64,000 nucleotides of DNA. Origin: Octopus vulgaris. Lineage: Eukaryota. Both the position numbers and the translations under genes were made by a program. The stretch is from assembly GCA_951406725.2 (NCBI GenBank), contig OX597818.1, positions 60,326,001-60,390,000 on the forward strand. Reading direction: 5' to 3'. Shown here one piece after another: positions 42,371 to 55,655 of the stretch (within the stretch, counting starts at the first letter, position 1; each line of letters opens with the position of its first letter). A model generated the notes under the pieces. It had not been told where the DNA came from. It saw only the letters and a program-made list of their open reading frames with translations, and searched no databases.

Positions 42371-42719
42371 ATTTTAGGATGAGGTGATCGATAGAAAAGA
42401 AACACGCTAGAAAGGAGGATCTGTTGGAAGTGAAATGAGGTGATGGTGATGAAGCAGATGAGAGAGAAAGATAAAGAACATCAGCTCTGAGTACAAAAGA
42501 GGGGAGATTACAATCTCTACTCTATCCCGTCTCTCCTGATCATAGACATTTCAATAATATAACATATTATTTCTACTGACGAAAAGCTTTTGTTAATTTC
42601 AACAACAAAGGAATATTCGATCAACAAATACGATAACTATTACAAAACTGCACGTTGTTCGTTGCCATTACATTAAAGAGAAATAACTCACCTATAATTA
42701 ATCTTTAAATGTAGAAGAA

Positions 42720-42770
<51 letters not shown>

Positions 42771-44511
42771 GTGAAAAAGCGGAAGAAGTAAAAACAGAAT
42801 GAAAGAAAGAAAGAGAGAGGAAAAAAAAGATAGAAGGAGAAAGTGTGTTAGGGAGAAAGAGAGAGACGCAATGGTATTGATTTTAGACGCCATCAATTTC
42901 TAAAATGGCCAACTACACGTGTAAGATTCCATTTAACCGTAAACACCCAAGCGTACTGCACGATGTCTCTCGCGAACCTCCCTCCTCACCGCTTCGTTTC
43001 TTGCAGCAATTCAATATTACACACAGATCTTGAAATCTAATAACTCCAGTTATTTTCATCTGTTTACTTTTCTTTACGAATAATATTCTTTTTCCGCCAG
43101 TCAATTTATTTATCGAAAACTCTCTTTTTTCAAATCACTGCTTTTATCCTTTAGAGAGAGAAAAAAAAAAGGAAAAGCTTGAACGAGACGTTGAAAAATG
43201 AGGAAGAAAAAAAATTTCCCCTTCTTTTTCGATATAATTTCTATTTCCTCTTATTTCATCTCTTTCTCTCCTTCTATCTCTCTCTCTCTCTCCTTCTTTC
43301 CCTTCTCTCTCCCGCCTTCACTCTCTCAATCCCTCCCTCCCTAATTCTCTCTCTCTCTCTCTCTATTTCTCTCTTTGTCTCTGGCTCCATCTTAACTTAC
43401 GCGATCACCTTTTTTATTCTTGTTTCTTCTCTCTCTATTCCGTTCATTTTTACATCTCGTCTTTCAAATGCACTATCATCAACGAGATTCCCCAGCTTTC
43501 CACCGAGATCTCGCTATATTTTTACCCAGAAGGAAAGAAGCCGCTATATTCCAGGTTTTATATTATCCCGATTTTTGCATCTCTCTCTATTTCTTTTCTT
43601 TTCTTTTTACAATTTTTCGCTTATTAGCAATTGTAGTCACCTTCTTTCTGAATAATGAACATAAACCTTTTCAGAACTAACTTTATTTTTGCTCTATTTA
43701 ATTTTTCTTTCTTATTTTTTTATTCTCTCACTCGTTCATTCATTTTTTTCTTCTTCATCTGATTCATTTGTCTGACACAGACAAAGGATGATCCGGCATC
43801 TTTTGTCTGAAGTAGAGCGTGCTAGGTTTATTTAGTTAACGTTTCACCCCTGATCAATCCGCTTAGGTTTCGAGAAAAAGCAACAAATTCTCTCTATTCA
43901 ATTTGAACTCATAATGCAACATAATAATCGCTATTCTTTCACCATTTCTCCTATCCATATATCATGAATTGCGTGAAAAGCCTTACTCAACTTCTATAAT
44001 ATAATATAACATAATGAAAGTTGTCCATGCTCTCTAACTTACATTTTTACAATTTGAATTGATCTATTAATTGCCTACAGCGAAACATTATATAATTTTC
44101 TTTACGTTGTTCATCAGTCAAAATTGAGTGTCAAACCTTATTCTTTGAAGTCGCCATTCCTTTTACATTTCCTACAGTTTATGGTATGTTCATGTTAAGG
44201 TGATATAACAAAGTAACGAAAGAGAATTGAGAAAAGAAATTTCTTCAAAAGACTTTTCGTACTGTCAATAAAACAGTTCCAAACTCCAAAAGGTTTAGCC
44301 ATCTACTTTATATACTATTCAATTTCCGACAAAATATTGCTATGGAATTCATAAAAGTCGAATGTCATCGATTGATTATTACTTAAACTTCTGCAGCAAA
44401 ACCTCAAGCATCGAATTTATTCATTATGAAATGTGTGGGTCGGGGATGGAAGGGAGATGAGAGGAGATGGCCAAATCAATACTGTGCTTTGTGGCATTTA
44501 GTTACGTCTAA

Positions 44512-44745
44512 GGCGGCGAGCTGGCAGAAACGTTAGCATGCCGGGCGAAATGCGTAGCCGTATTTCGTCTGCCGTTACGTTCTGAGTTCAAATTCTGCCG
44601 AGGTCGACTTTGCCTTTTATCCTTTCGGGGTCGATAAATTAAGTACCAGTTACGTACTGGGGTCGATATAATCGACTTAATCCCTTTGTCTGTCTTTGTT
44701 TGTCCCCTCTGTGTTTAGCCCCTTGTGGGTAGTAAAGAAATAGGT
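44512..44745 (+). mobile_element. SINE family C, full-length monomer
   Basis: Runs from GGCGGCGAGCTGGCAGAAACG to GTAGTAAAGAAATAGGTA. Confidence 0.92.
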
Positions 44746-45174
44746 AGGGTATGGAAGGGGGATGGGGGTAGATGGCCAAATCAATACAGTGCTTTGTGGT
44801 ATTTAGTTACGTCCCTTCTTGCATGGTGTTCAAATCTTACCGAGATGGACTTTACCTTTCATATTTCATGTGTCGATGATTATGGTTTCTAACTAATTAG
44901 TGTAGTAAATATAATTGTTCAAAGCAGCCAAGTAAATATGTGTATGTGTTTATTAAAATTAGTTAGTAGCCTCCGTATAATTGATCTAGCTCGAAATAGC
45001 AGCCAGAAGTACCTGAAATTACACCAGTCTATCTCAAGAAGGAAAAGCTGGATATCATAGAAAAGCCTTACAAAAATAAAAAGATAAATAGAATTGTATT
45101 GATGGCTATGGCTGGAATACTTTTCATCATAGGCCCGTACGATCTGTGCTGACATGGAGCTAAACATTATTATT

Positions 45175-45320
45175 ATTATAATATCGGAAAAATACTTTAA
45201 AAATGAAGACCCAGGTTCGAAATTCTCCCAGGACACCTGATGAAGGCTGGAGATTACACCAGTCGAAACATTATGCTAACAACAAGCAAGGTGAGGACAA
45301 ATACACGTCAAATGTAACTA
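45175..45320 (+). mobile_element. HHR-bearing repeat family H1, copy 3 (diverged)
   Basis: 45233-45276: ACAC-CTGATGA-A-GGCTGG..CCAGTC-GAAACATT. Confidence 0.75.
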
Positions 45321-45426
45321 ATTTAAAAAAAATATGGGTTATATAAATTTATGGGTTATAGGTTATTCTGTTCAAAGAAAATTATATAGAGTGTGTTATC
45401 CCGTCATATGGCGGGTAACTTTAGAT

Positions 45427-45980
45427 CAGAGGTTCTCAAGCGTTTTGGGCCACTGCCTACCTCATAGCCACATAATACCATCAGCGCCCCACCCCTATTT
45501 TTATGTATAAATAAATATTTCATATTTTACTAATTTATATATACAATGAATCATTTGATATTTAATATATTACATAATGTGTATACAATACAATAATACA
45601 ATGCAATAATAGATGCAGCACGGATTTTTGTCAGTGAACAGGTCGCGGTCTTGAAGCGACGAAAATATTTTGACAAATTAAACTTAAATGTTGAAGTGAA
45701 TCGAACGGCTTTTGTTTGTTTCTTAAATGGCTTACAAACACCTTCCACGCTGCAATTGTTTTCGCTTCAGCACACGATCTCAGATCAAATCACTTGCTAT
45801 GCAAGTACATCTCCGTATTACTATAATAATATTATAATAAATGCATAGCGTCCCCTAATCCACTGCCATCCTCCCAACGCCTCCTTATTCTCTACTGCCC
45901 TCACCCCCAGGGCACCAACGCTCACCTGGACCATCTCCATGCCCACCAAGGGGCGGTAGCGCCCACTTTGCGAATCTATA
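45427..45980. mobile_element. hAT (Charlie-like) MITE with 8-bp TSD and a nested PLE-like terminal repeat
   Basis: Left end CAGAGGTTCTCAAG, decayed right end CCCACTTTGCGAATCTATA, flanks CTTTAGAT / CTTTATAT. Confidence 0.6.
45627..45677 (+). ncRNA. Minimal type I hammerhead motif with G3:C8 swapped core
   Basis: TTTGTCA-GTGAACA-G-GTCGC-GGTCTTGAA-GCGAC-GAA-AATATT-T-TGACAAA. Perfect 7-bp helix I, 5-bp helix II, palindromic helix III. Confidence 0.7.
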
Positions 45981-46323
45981 CTTTATATGTATATTTCTGT
46001 GAGCAAATGTAACATCAGTAAATATGGCGTACATGCAACGATTATAATTTCATTTTTATCTAATTTTTCAGAATGACGAAATGAATTCTAATTTTCCAAA
46101 GAAAGATATTTATTACTTTAGAATAAAATTAAATAAAACAATATTGAAAGAATAAATATTTTTAAATGGATGAAATAAATTAGTCTCCACGCACACACGC
46201 AAGCACACGTACGCACACGCACAGACACACACACACACGCACGCGTACACACGCACACCATATCTCTCTCCCTCTTCTCTCTTTTTTTCTCTCTCTGTAT
46301 ATATGTATATGTATATATATATG

Positions 46324-46370
<47 letters not shown>

Positions 46371-46664
46371 ATTATTTGTACGTATATACGTACACATACA
46401 TCCTCTCTTCCTCCACCTCTGTCACTGTGATTCTTTCCCTCTCAGTGTGTGTGTGTATGTACCTGTGTGCATAGCGTTCATTTAATCATTGTCTTCCACC
46501 AAGCGTAGTATGAGTACTTCTCCTGCATCCTATATATTATCTATCATTCTTTTACTCTGCCCCTCTCTCTTTCCCTCTCCTCTTCCCCATATATGATGTA
46601 AAGTGTGCAGGACAATTCAACCAACCAACCAACCAACCAACAAAAAATTAATATCGGCTATTAT

Positions 46665-46781
46665 AAGGGTACACGTGTCTGTGGAGTGCTCAGCCACTTA
46701 CACATTAATTTCACGAGCAGGCTGTTCCGTTGATTCGGATCAACCGGAACCCTTATCGTCGTAACCGACGGAGTGCTTCCA
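46665..46781 (+). mobile_element. SINE family A tail type 1, 5'-truncated
   Basis: AAGGGTACACGTGTCTGTGGAGTG...CCGACGGAGTGCTTCC followed by an A run. Confidence 0.85.
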
Positions 46782-47458
46782 AAAAAAAATATTTTAATAC
46801 GTGGCACAGCTGCGCTACATTTTAAGTAATAGGAAAACATAAATGCACTTTTCTTGCCAAATGCACGAACAATTTATACGAAGCAGGAAATTTAAAATTC
46901 AAAGAAAAAGAAAGAAACTCGATCAGATTTTCAATTCAATCAATGATGTCATTTTAGTATTCAGTAAGGAATCGCAATGAAAGCATTCCTGTCGCCACTT
47001 TTCTCAAAATATTCTTGTGATTTATTGTCAGCATTTCAAAATGTTTCCCAATCGTTTTACAAACATGAATCACAGATTCCTGGACCATTTGTTGTGTGGA
47101 CGATTTGAAAAAAAATTTTTTTTTCCAAATGATGAACGGATTTGATTAAATACTCACATATAGTTCGGGTTCACCAAAATATGTGCCAGTTGATCACTGG
47201 GGTTGATGGAATCGATTAAAGACCCGCCCTCGAAATTCCTGGCCTTGTACCAAAATCTAAATCCATAATCTCTATGAAACACTTGTTTATACAAGAGAAG
47301 ACCACTTGCTTTTTGCTCCACAAATCCGAATCGAATTGTAAGGATGCCGTCGTCTTCTAGAGCATGTTCTGATTATCTAAACATAACGGACCCATCCTTT
47401 TCTGGATCTGTCTCCATCCAATTTATTCCACGGAGAAGAAAGTGAGTGAGAGGGAGAG

Positions 47459-47503
<45 letters not shown>

Positions 47504-47724
47504 ATCTATCTCAATACTGGATCGTTTATTTTATCAGCCAAAAAATTATAAAACGTAAAGCTGACCTGGGCAGAATTTGAACTCAAAACACAGATAATCG
47601 GAGTAAATAACAAAATACATTCACTTGTTAAGGCTATCGCTACAGATTTCGCATAGAGATTATAACCAGCTCTGATTTATTGCATCATTTCGTATCCCAA
47701 TACTCCTAAAGTAAACAACTTATA

Positions 47725-48104
47725 GGCGCACGAGTGGCTGCGTGGTAAATAGCTTGCTTCCCAAACACATGGTTCCGAGTTCCGTCCCACTGCGTGGCAC
47801 CTTGGGCAAGTGTCTTCTACCATAGCTTCAGGCCGACCAAATCCTATTGTGTGAATTTGATAGACGGTAACTGAAAGAAGCCCGTCGTATATGTGTGTGT
47901 GTGTGTGTGTGTGTGTTTGACCCTACCACCATCACTTGACACCCGATGCTGGTGTGTTTACCTCCCCGTCAATTAGCGATTCGGTAAAAGAGACCTATAG
48001 AATAAGTATTAGGCTTACAAAGAATATGTCCTGGGGGTCGATTTGTTCGACTAAAGTCGGTGCTCCAGCGTGGCCGCAGTTAAATGACCGAAACAAATAA
48101 AAGA
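47725..48104 (+). mobile_element. SINE family B, full length
   Basis: GGCGCACGAGTGGCTGCGTGG head through AATGACCGAAACAAATAAAAG tail. Confidence 0.9.
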
Positions 48105-48460
48105 ACAATGAAATCGAAGAAGAAAATCGGAAATGGGCTCCTTCATAAGTGCCACATCCAAACCATTAACCATCCACGGACTCTGCTTAAATAACCACTA
48201 ATTATAACGGGTTGACATTACTGTGTGTCTCAATTCTACATATAAATACATTCCTGGTACCTGCTATGTAAATATGAAAGACTTGTAGGGAAACTCTGTT
48301 TCGTTATGCAACCATCATATACAACATTGCATATTAAACGCTTTAAAAGTCTATACTCTGTTCTCTTGTGTTAGCAGTGCTATTAAACCATTTAAGGGTA
48401 TCTCTACAGATTTTCTGCAGAAACTAAACAATTCGTATGTAATTATAGTATTATAGCCAC

Positions 48461-48973
48461 GAAAAGATTAAGTAACATTTGCGTACTGGGGTCCATCTAA
48501 TCGACTGGTCTCCTCCCTCAAAATCTGGCTTTGTACCTAGAGTAGAAAAGAAAAATAAGGGCGGCGAGATGGCAGAATCGTTAGCACGCCGGACGAAGTG
48601 CCTAGCGCTATTTCGTCTGCCGTTACGTTCTGAGTTCAAATTCCGCCGAGGTCGACTTTGCCTTTCGTCCTTTCGGGGTCGATTAAATAAGTACCAGTTT
48701 CGCACTGGGGTCGATGTAATCGGCTTAATCCGTTTGTCTGTCCTTGTTTGTCCTCTCTATGTTTAGCCCCTTGTGGGTAATAAAGAAATAGGTATTTCGT
48801 CTGCCGTTACGTTTTGAGTTCAAATTCCGCCGAGGTCGACTTTGCCTTTCATCCTTTCGGGGTCGATAAATTAAGTACCAGTTACGCACTGGGGTCACTA
48901 TAATCGACTTAATCCGTTTGCCTGTCTTGTTTGTCCTCTCTGTGTTTAGTACCTCGTGGGTAGTAAAGAAATA
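48461..48973 (+). mobile_element. Composite/dimeric SINE family C flanked by 14-bp direct repeat AGTATTATAGCCAC
   Basis: Direct repeat at 48447-48460 and 48974-48987; dimer junction AAATAGGTATTTCGTCTGCC. Confidence 0.85.
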
Positions 48974-49545
48974 AGTATTATAGCCACCAAAATTGCTACC
49001 AATTTGCTGGCTTTGATGCGAAGTATAGACAATTGAACAGACCATATTTTAGAGACACCAAAGGAGAAATAAAATCGATCTGGACTAGATTTGAACTCTG
49101 AATGCATAGGAGAGTAACTATATACTTCAAAGTCTTTTCATCTAGCGGCTGAACGATGCTGCTATCCTCTTCCCAAGATAAATTTAAATTATTGATATGA
49201 GAATGGAGATATGAATAGAACATTAATGAAATATGCTACTGTCCGTCTGTTGAATCGGATAATGTGATCACAATCTAAATTCGATCCGGACCGTTTGTAT
49301 TAAATTCCACCTTAAACAGCTTAAATAACAAAATCCTGTCACTTTATATAATTTATATATAATTCATGAAATAATTTCCACAGAAAATTGTTAATTTATT
49401 TTCAATTTTCATTTAATTTAAATCCGAAACGAACACGAATGCAAACCAACAATTTAATTTGTCTGATATCCTCATTGCAAGCATCTAATTGATTCTAGCA
49501 ATAACTGTGGACGTGTTTTCGTTTGTGGGCATATATATATATATA

Positions 49546-49718
<173 letters not shown>

Positions 49719-50090
49719 GCATATATGTGTGTATGTGATGTATGTGCACGTGTTTATATGTGTGTATTTGTGCATATATACACAAGGGCGCGTACACACA
49801 TACGTACGTATTGTGGATGTAGCCACAAATGAAAGGTTAAGAAATTTGCTTCGTAAGTATTAGGTCCAGGGTTCGATCCTAGTGCGTGGCATTTTGAACA
49901 AGTTCCTTATTCGATGCCAGAGTTTGTAAATGAATTTAAGAAGATGGACCCTGCGTAGAAAATCTTTTAATTTTGAATGTCCAGCCTTGCCGTAATGCAT
50001 CACATCATGGGTGCACGTGTTTCTGGTGTCTGCAGGATACTCAGCCATTTTAGGCTAATTCAATGAGTAAATCGTGTAATTGATGTACGC

Positions 50091-50152
<62 letters not shown>

Positions 50153-50299
50153 CTTCATTAATAATGAAATTAACTATGCTTATTCCTAATGAAACAGCAG
50201 TTGAAAATAATTAAATTATGATCTAATTTATGCTTTTCTGTATATTATTGAATACACACACACACACACATATGTAAAGAGAGAATGAGTGAGAGAAAG

Positions 50300-50338
<39 letters not shown>

Positions 50339-50654
50339 GACACAGAGAGAAAGCTAGAGAGCGAGAATAAAATACAGAAAAGCTTAAATTTTACAGATAA
50401 TTAAATTACCTTCAACAGCTGTTTCAATAGAAAAATGCAGAATTAATTTTATAATTAAGATACATAATTAATGCTGATTGATTTTAATTTATTGAAAGCA
50501 ATACTTATCCCAAATAATCAGGAGTACCACCGATTATACTATTCATAAATCGTTGCTGGTTTAAATAAGTGAAACTGGATTATCCGCTGGATTAACAGTG
50601 TTATATCGTGTTGAAATTTAATGAATTAGTTTAAAATGAGCTCTTAGGCGTCGT

Positions 50655-50758
<104 letters not shown>

Positions 50759-50925
50759 GTGTGTGTGTGTGTTTTATGTATCATATCTTTATACGCACGC
50801 GTACGTGTGTGCGTATAACATTTTAATGCTAATTGGCTAAGAATATTCTTCCGCGTTTTAATGTGTCCAGGATAAGGTTCTAGGACCAGATAACTTGCCA
50901 CTAACCAATAGAGGTCAAATGCTTA

Positions 50926-50961
<36 letters not shown>

Positions 50962-51066
50962 TGAGTGGACGAACGAAATAAAAGGGCATTCAACATATTT
51001 AGTAGGGGTTACATGTATCATTTAGAACAGATTGATTCAGTTCCGTACTGTTTTAAGTTTCGCAGG

Positions 51067-51281
51067 CACCCAGCCTAGCAAATCGAACCCAGGACTTATT
51101 CTTTGTAAGCCTAGTACTTATTCTATCGGTCTCTTTTGCTGAACCGCTAAGTTATGGGTTACGTAAACACACCAGCATCGGTTGTCAAGTGATGTGGGGG
51201 GTAGGGACAAACACAGACACATAAACACACACATACATACATACACATACACACACACATACATACATACGTACATATATG

Positions 51282-51324
<43 letters not shown>

Positions 51325-51380
51325 ATATATACCGCGGGCTTCTTTCAGTTTCCGTCTACCAAATCCACTCACAAAGCTTT
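51067..51380 (-). mobile_element. SINE family B, internal part
   Basis: Homology to the other B copies. Confidence 0.85.
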
Positions 51381-51742
51381 AGGATTATTTATCTTCTACA
51401 TTTTTATTGATAAATATATTTCTTCTTTTATTGTACTAATAATATCTAATAGTTACTTTTTAATTATATTACTAAAATTCCCTTCCATTAAAAAATCTTC
51501 TCATTAATTTATTTCAATTCTATTATTATTGTCTTCCATAATATTCTAAAATTTTAACTTTGCGTTCCTATAGGAACAGTAAGACTTTCTTTCACGCGAG
51601 AACGCAGCCGCATTATTATGAAGGATTATTTTGGATTTTGCTTTAATCCTGGCATGTTAGTAATTTATTTATTATCAGATCCAATAATATAAATTAATTA
51701 CATGTCTTTAAGTTACGAAACAATTTGTCGTGAAATTAGAAT

Positions 51743-52146
51743 TCTCTTACTCTTTTACTCTTTTACTCTTTTACTTGTTTCAGTCATTTGACTGCGGCCA
51801 TGCTGGAGCACCGCCTTTAATCGAGCAACTCGACCTCGGGACTTGTTCTTTTTTGTAAGCCCAGTACTTATTCTATCGGTCTATTTTGCCGAACCCCTAA
51901 GTGACGAGGACATAAACACACCAGCATCGGTTGTCAAGCAATGCCAGGGGGACAAACACACACACGCATATATATATATACATATATACGACGGGCTTCA
52001 TTCAGTTTCCATCTACCAAATCCACTCACAAGGCTTTGGTCGGCCCGAGGCTATAGCAGAAGACACTTGCCCAACGTGCCACGCAGTGGGACTGAACCCG
52101 GAACCATGTGGCTGGTAAACAAGCTACTTACCACACAGCCACTCCT
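51743..52146 (-). mobile_element. SINE family B, full length, with (GTAAAAGA)n tail
   Basis: (CTCTTTTA)n tail followed by body and head. Confidence 0.92.
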
Positions 52147-52383
52147 ATATTGTAATTTAAATGTGTGTGTGTGTGTGTGTGTGTGTAGAATGTTGAAAAG
52201 TGACACGCGAGTTGATATGTATAAGGAGAATAAGACAAAGTAGAAAATGCTAAAATAAATTTATCATGAAATATATTTTGTAATGGTTAGTACCGGTTTC
52301 TGCCTTTTCGACTTTTATTCGTTTCATTCATTTGACGGCGGCAAATAAATGTGTGGGTATCGATTGTTCTAAATATAACTATC

Positions 52384-52507
52384 TCTATGCTTATTTCTGT
52401 GTTCCTTTCTGTCGAAGAGCGTAGGATCGAAACGTAAAAGACTTTCTCACTTCCCAAGCGTTAAACTAATACATCTGTTTGTTGTTTATACACTCGTCTT
52501 CGTTCTT
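52384..52507 (+). mobile_element. Solo PLE terminal-repeat fragment related to 17790-17925, with HHR motif at 52405-52440
   Basis: CTTT-CTGTCGA-A-GAGC-GTAG-GATC-GAAACGTA-AAAG. Confidence 0.75.
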
Positions 52508-53292
52508 TTGGCTAAAAGGATATGTGCTATAGTATCGGATACAAGCACCAGAGACACACGACTACATGAGCTGAAGCAAAGGTTCTCAAGTGTTTTGTAA
52601 ATATTTCCATGGTCTTCAAATAGACATGACATTTTCATTTTTTCGGTGTCTCTCTTTTTTTTTTCATTTGTGAAGGTTCGCAAGGTAGGTGTGTAGTAAC
52701 AGATCTGAAAAAGGACGTCGTTTTACATATGCACTTGTATGCTATCGGGAGTACTGATGTACAAATTAAAATGCGAAAAAAAAACCAAAAGAAGAAGGTA
52801 AAGCTGTAAAGGCTGTTTGTGGAATCTGCTTTAACTGTGAACTGGCCTCACGGTAACCTGTAGTAGCACTCGAAGCAGGGTCTGTTCTAAATAAATGTGT
52901 GGGTATCGATTGTTCTAAATATAACTATCGTTTTTAATATTTCCGTGAGTATTATTCCAAGATCCCTAAAATGGTGTCATCTGTGGTGGAAGCATTTAGC
53001 TAGAATGAATATCTCTTCCAACTTGGCTAAAAGGATATGTGCTATAGTATCGGATACAAGCACCAGAGACACACGACTACATGAGCTGAAGCAAAAAAAA
53101 TAATTCTAAGTATAAGGTGAGCTATTCTGAGGATAAGGAATTAGTCAATGCCCTCGACCTCGGTACTTGACAAATGCTTTATTTTATAGACCGGAAAAGA
53201 TACAAAGCAAATTTGTCTTCAGCAGGATTTGAACTCAGAACGTAAAGGGCCGGAATGAATAAACCTTTAATAATCATTTTTGAATTTAGTAT

Positions 53293-53680
53293 GGATGGAA
53301 GCACTCCGTCGGTTATGACGACGAGGGTTCCGGTTGATCCGAATCAACAGAACAGCCTGCTCGTGAAATTAACGTGTAAGTGGCTGAGCACTCCACAGAC
53401 ACGTGTACCCTTAACGTAGTTCTCGGGGATATTCAGCGTGACACAGAGAGTGACAAGGTCGGCCCTTTGAAATACAGGTACAACAGAAACAGGAAGTAAG
53501 AGTGAGAGAAAGTTGTGGTGAAAGAGTACAGCAGGGATCACCACCATCCCCTGCGGGAGCGTCGTGGAGCTTTTAGGTGTTTTCGCTCAATAAACACTCC
53601 CAACATCTCGTCTGGAAATTCGGAACCGTGATCCTATAACCGCGAGTCCGCTGCCCTAACCACTGGGCCATTGCGCCTCC
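53293..53680 (-). mobile_element. SINE family A, tail type 1, full length with 12-bp TSD TGAATTTAGTAT
   Basis: TSD at 53281-53292 and 53681-53692. Confidence 0.95.
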
Positions 53681-53809
53681 TGAATTTAGTATAAGTTGCA
53701 CTTGACTGGAATTTTATTTTGATCGACCCCAAAAGGACGAAAAACAGAGCTGGTCCCGAGCGATTTGATCGCAGGATGTAAACAACCGGAAGAAAAGCTA
53801 CTATGCATT

Positions 53810-54240
53810 TTATTCTTTTCTACTCTAAGCACAAGGCCCGAAATTTTGGGGGAGGGGGCCAGTCGATTCGATCGACATCCGTACGCAAATGGTACTTAAT
53901 TTATTGATCCCCGAAAGGATGAAAGGTAAACTCGTACTCGGCGGAATTTGAACTCAGAATGTAAAGACAGACGAAGCCACTTAGATTTTATTCGACATGC
54001 TAACGGTTCTTATTTCTTTATTGCCGACAAGGGGCTAAACATAGAGGGGACAAATAAAGACAGACAAAGGGATTAAGTCGATTATATCGACCCCAGTGCG
54101 TAACTGGTATTTAATTTATCGACCCCGAAAGGATAAAAGGCAAAGCCAACCACGGTGGCATTTGAACTCAGAATGTAACGACAGACGAAGCCACTTAGTA
54201 TTTTAATCGACATGCTAACGGTTCTGCCAGCTCACCGCCT
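53810..54240 (-). mobile_element. SINE family C dimer
   Basis: Two body repeats, head ending CCAGCTCACCGCC. Confidence 0.85.
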
Positions 54241-54329
54241 GGATAATTATAATAATTATTTCTACAAAAGAAACAACTTCTGAAATGTTTTTTTGTGTAG
54301 GGCTAGTCTGTTACATCAATCGGTAACAA

Positions 54330-54743
54330 GGCGGCGAACTGGCAGAATCGCTAGCACGCCGGGCGAAATGCTTTGTGGTATTTCGTCCGTTGCTACCTTC
54401 TGAGTTGAAATTCCGCCGAGGTCGACTTTGCCTTTCATCCTTTCGGGGTCGATAAATAAAGTACCATTTACGCACTGGGGTCGATGTAATCGACTTAATC
54501 CCTTTGACTGTCCTTGGTTGTCCCCTCTGTGTTTAGCCCCTTGTGGGTAGTAAAGAAATAGGTATTTCGTCTGTCATTACGTTCTGTGTTCAAATTCCGC
54601 CGAGGTCGACTTTGCCTTTCATCCTTTCGAGGTCGATTAAATAAGTACCAGTTTGGCACTGGAGTCGATTTAATCGACTTAATCCGTTTGTCTATCCTTG
54701 TTTGTTCCCTCTAGGTTTAGCCCCTTGTGGGTAGTAAAGAAAC
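54330..54743 (+). mobile_element. SINE family C dimer
   Basis: Head at 54330; junction AAATAGGTATTTCGTCTG at ~54560. Confidence 0.9.
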
Positions 54744-55655
54744 ATTACATCAACCGGTAATTATTTTATTCAACCCGAAAAGAAAAAAGAAAAAGATAAA
54801 ATTGACCTCAGCGGAATTTGAACGCAGAACGTAAAGAACCGGAAGAAACGCAGCTAAATAGTTTGTTTGACACACTAAATATTCATCCAATTCAGTGCCT
54901 TGATGATAGGAATGGTTAACATAGTCACAAAGCAACACATTTGGAAAGGGAGAGTATAATCGATTCTCCAACATGGCTGGTATTTTCTATTATCGATCCC
55001 GGAAGGATAAAAGGTAATGTTGACCCCAGAGGGATTTGAACATTGAACGTAAAAAAGACGCAACAGACTACCGGAAGGCATATCCTTTTGCTTTTCCTCT
55101 CTTGAACGTTTAACCGATTCTGCAGTCCATCTCCCACGGCTCCACCTTTACCAATAATTATACTAAAGAGAACATTTATTGAGAAAGCAGGATACCAACA
55201 GAACTGGGCGGAGAAGCGAAAAACCGATTAAATTTTCTTTTGTTTTCTTGTTGACACCCTACTACAAGTTCTTTTGGAAGAAGACAAGGTTTTAAGAAAT
55301 TGAAGCAAAATAAATGGGTGTCACAGAGGAATTTAAGAATTAATTAACTGACACTTTAAACTTTGTTGAATTTCAGATTATCAGAACGTTTGTTCGTCTC
55401 AGAGATGTATTTTGAATTAATCGATAAAATGGCGTGGAAACCAGCTTCGTTGTGCTTTTGCCAGAAAGGTTTACTGTGCACCAGTTAAATAACATTAAAT
55501 CTTTCCATTTTAGTTAACGCGAGCGAAGGCGTTGTTGCTGCAAAGTGTTTTGTTGTTGCTGTTGTCAGGAATTTTGCTTAAGTAAAAATCTATGACACGT
55601 ACAAAACAGTCAATGACTATTATGCGTGTACAGTCGTTTGTAGATCATGACAAGT

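Noticed and set aside
43778-43809. 13-bp hairpin CAGACAAAGGATG/CATCTTTTGTCTG
   Set aside because: Too short for a pre-miRNA, and there is no supporting context.
52930-53020. LINE RT remnant (minus-strand RDLGIIL)
   Set aside because: One short motif only; plausible but unsupported.
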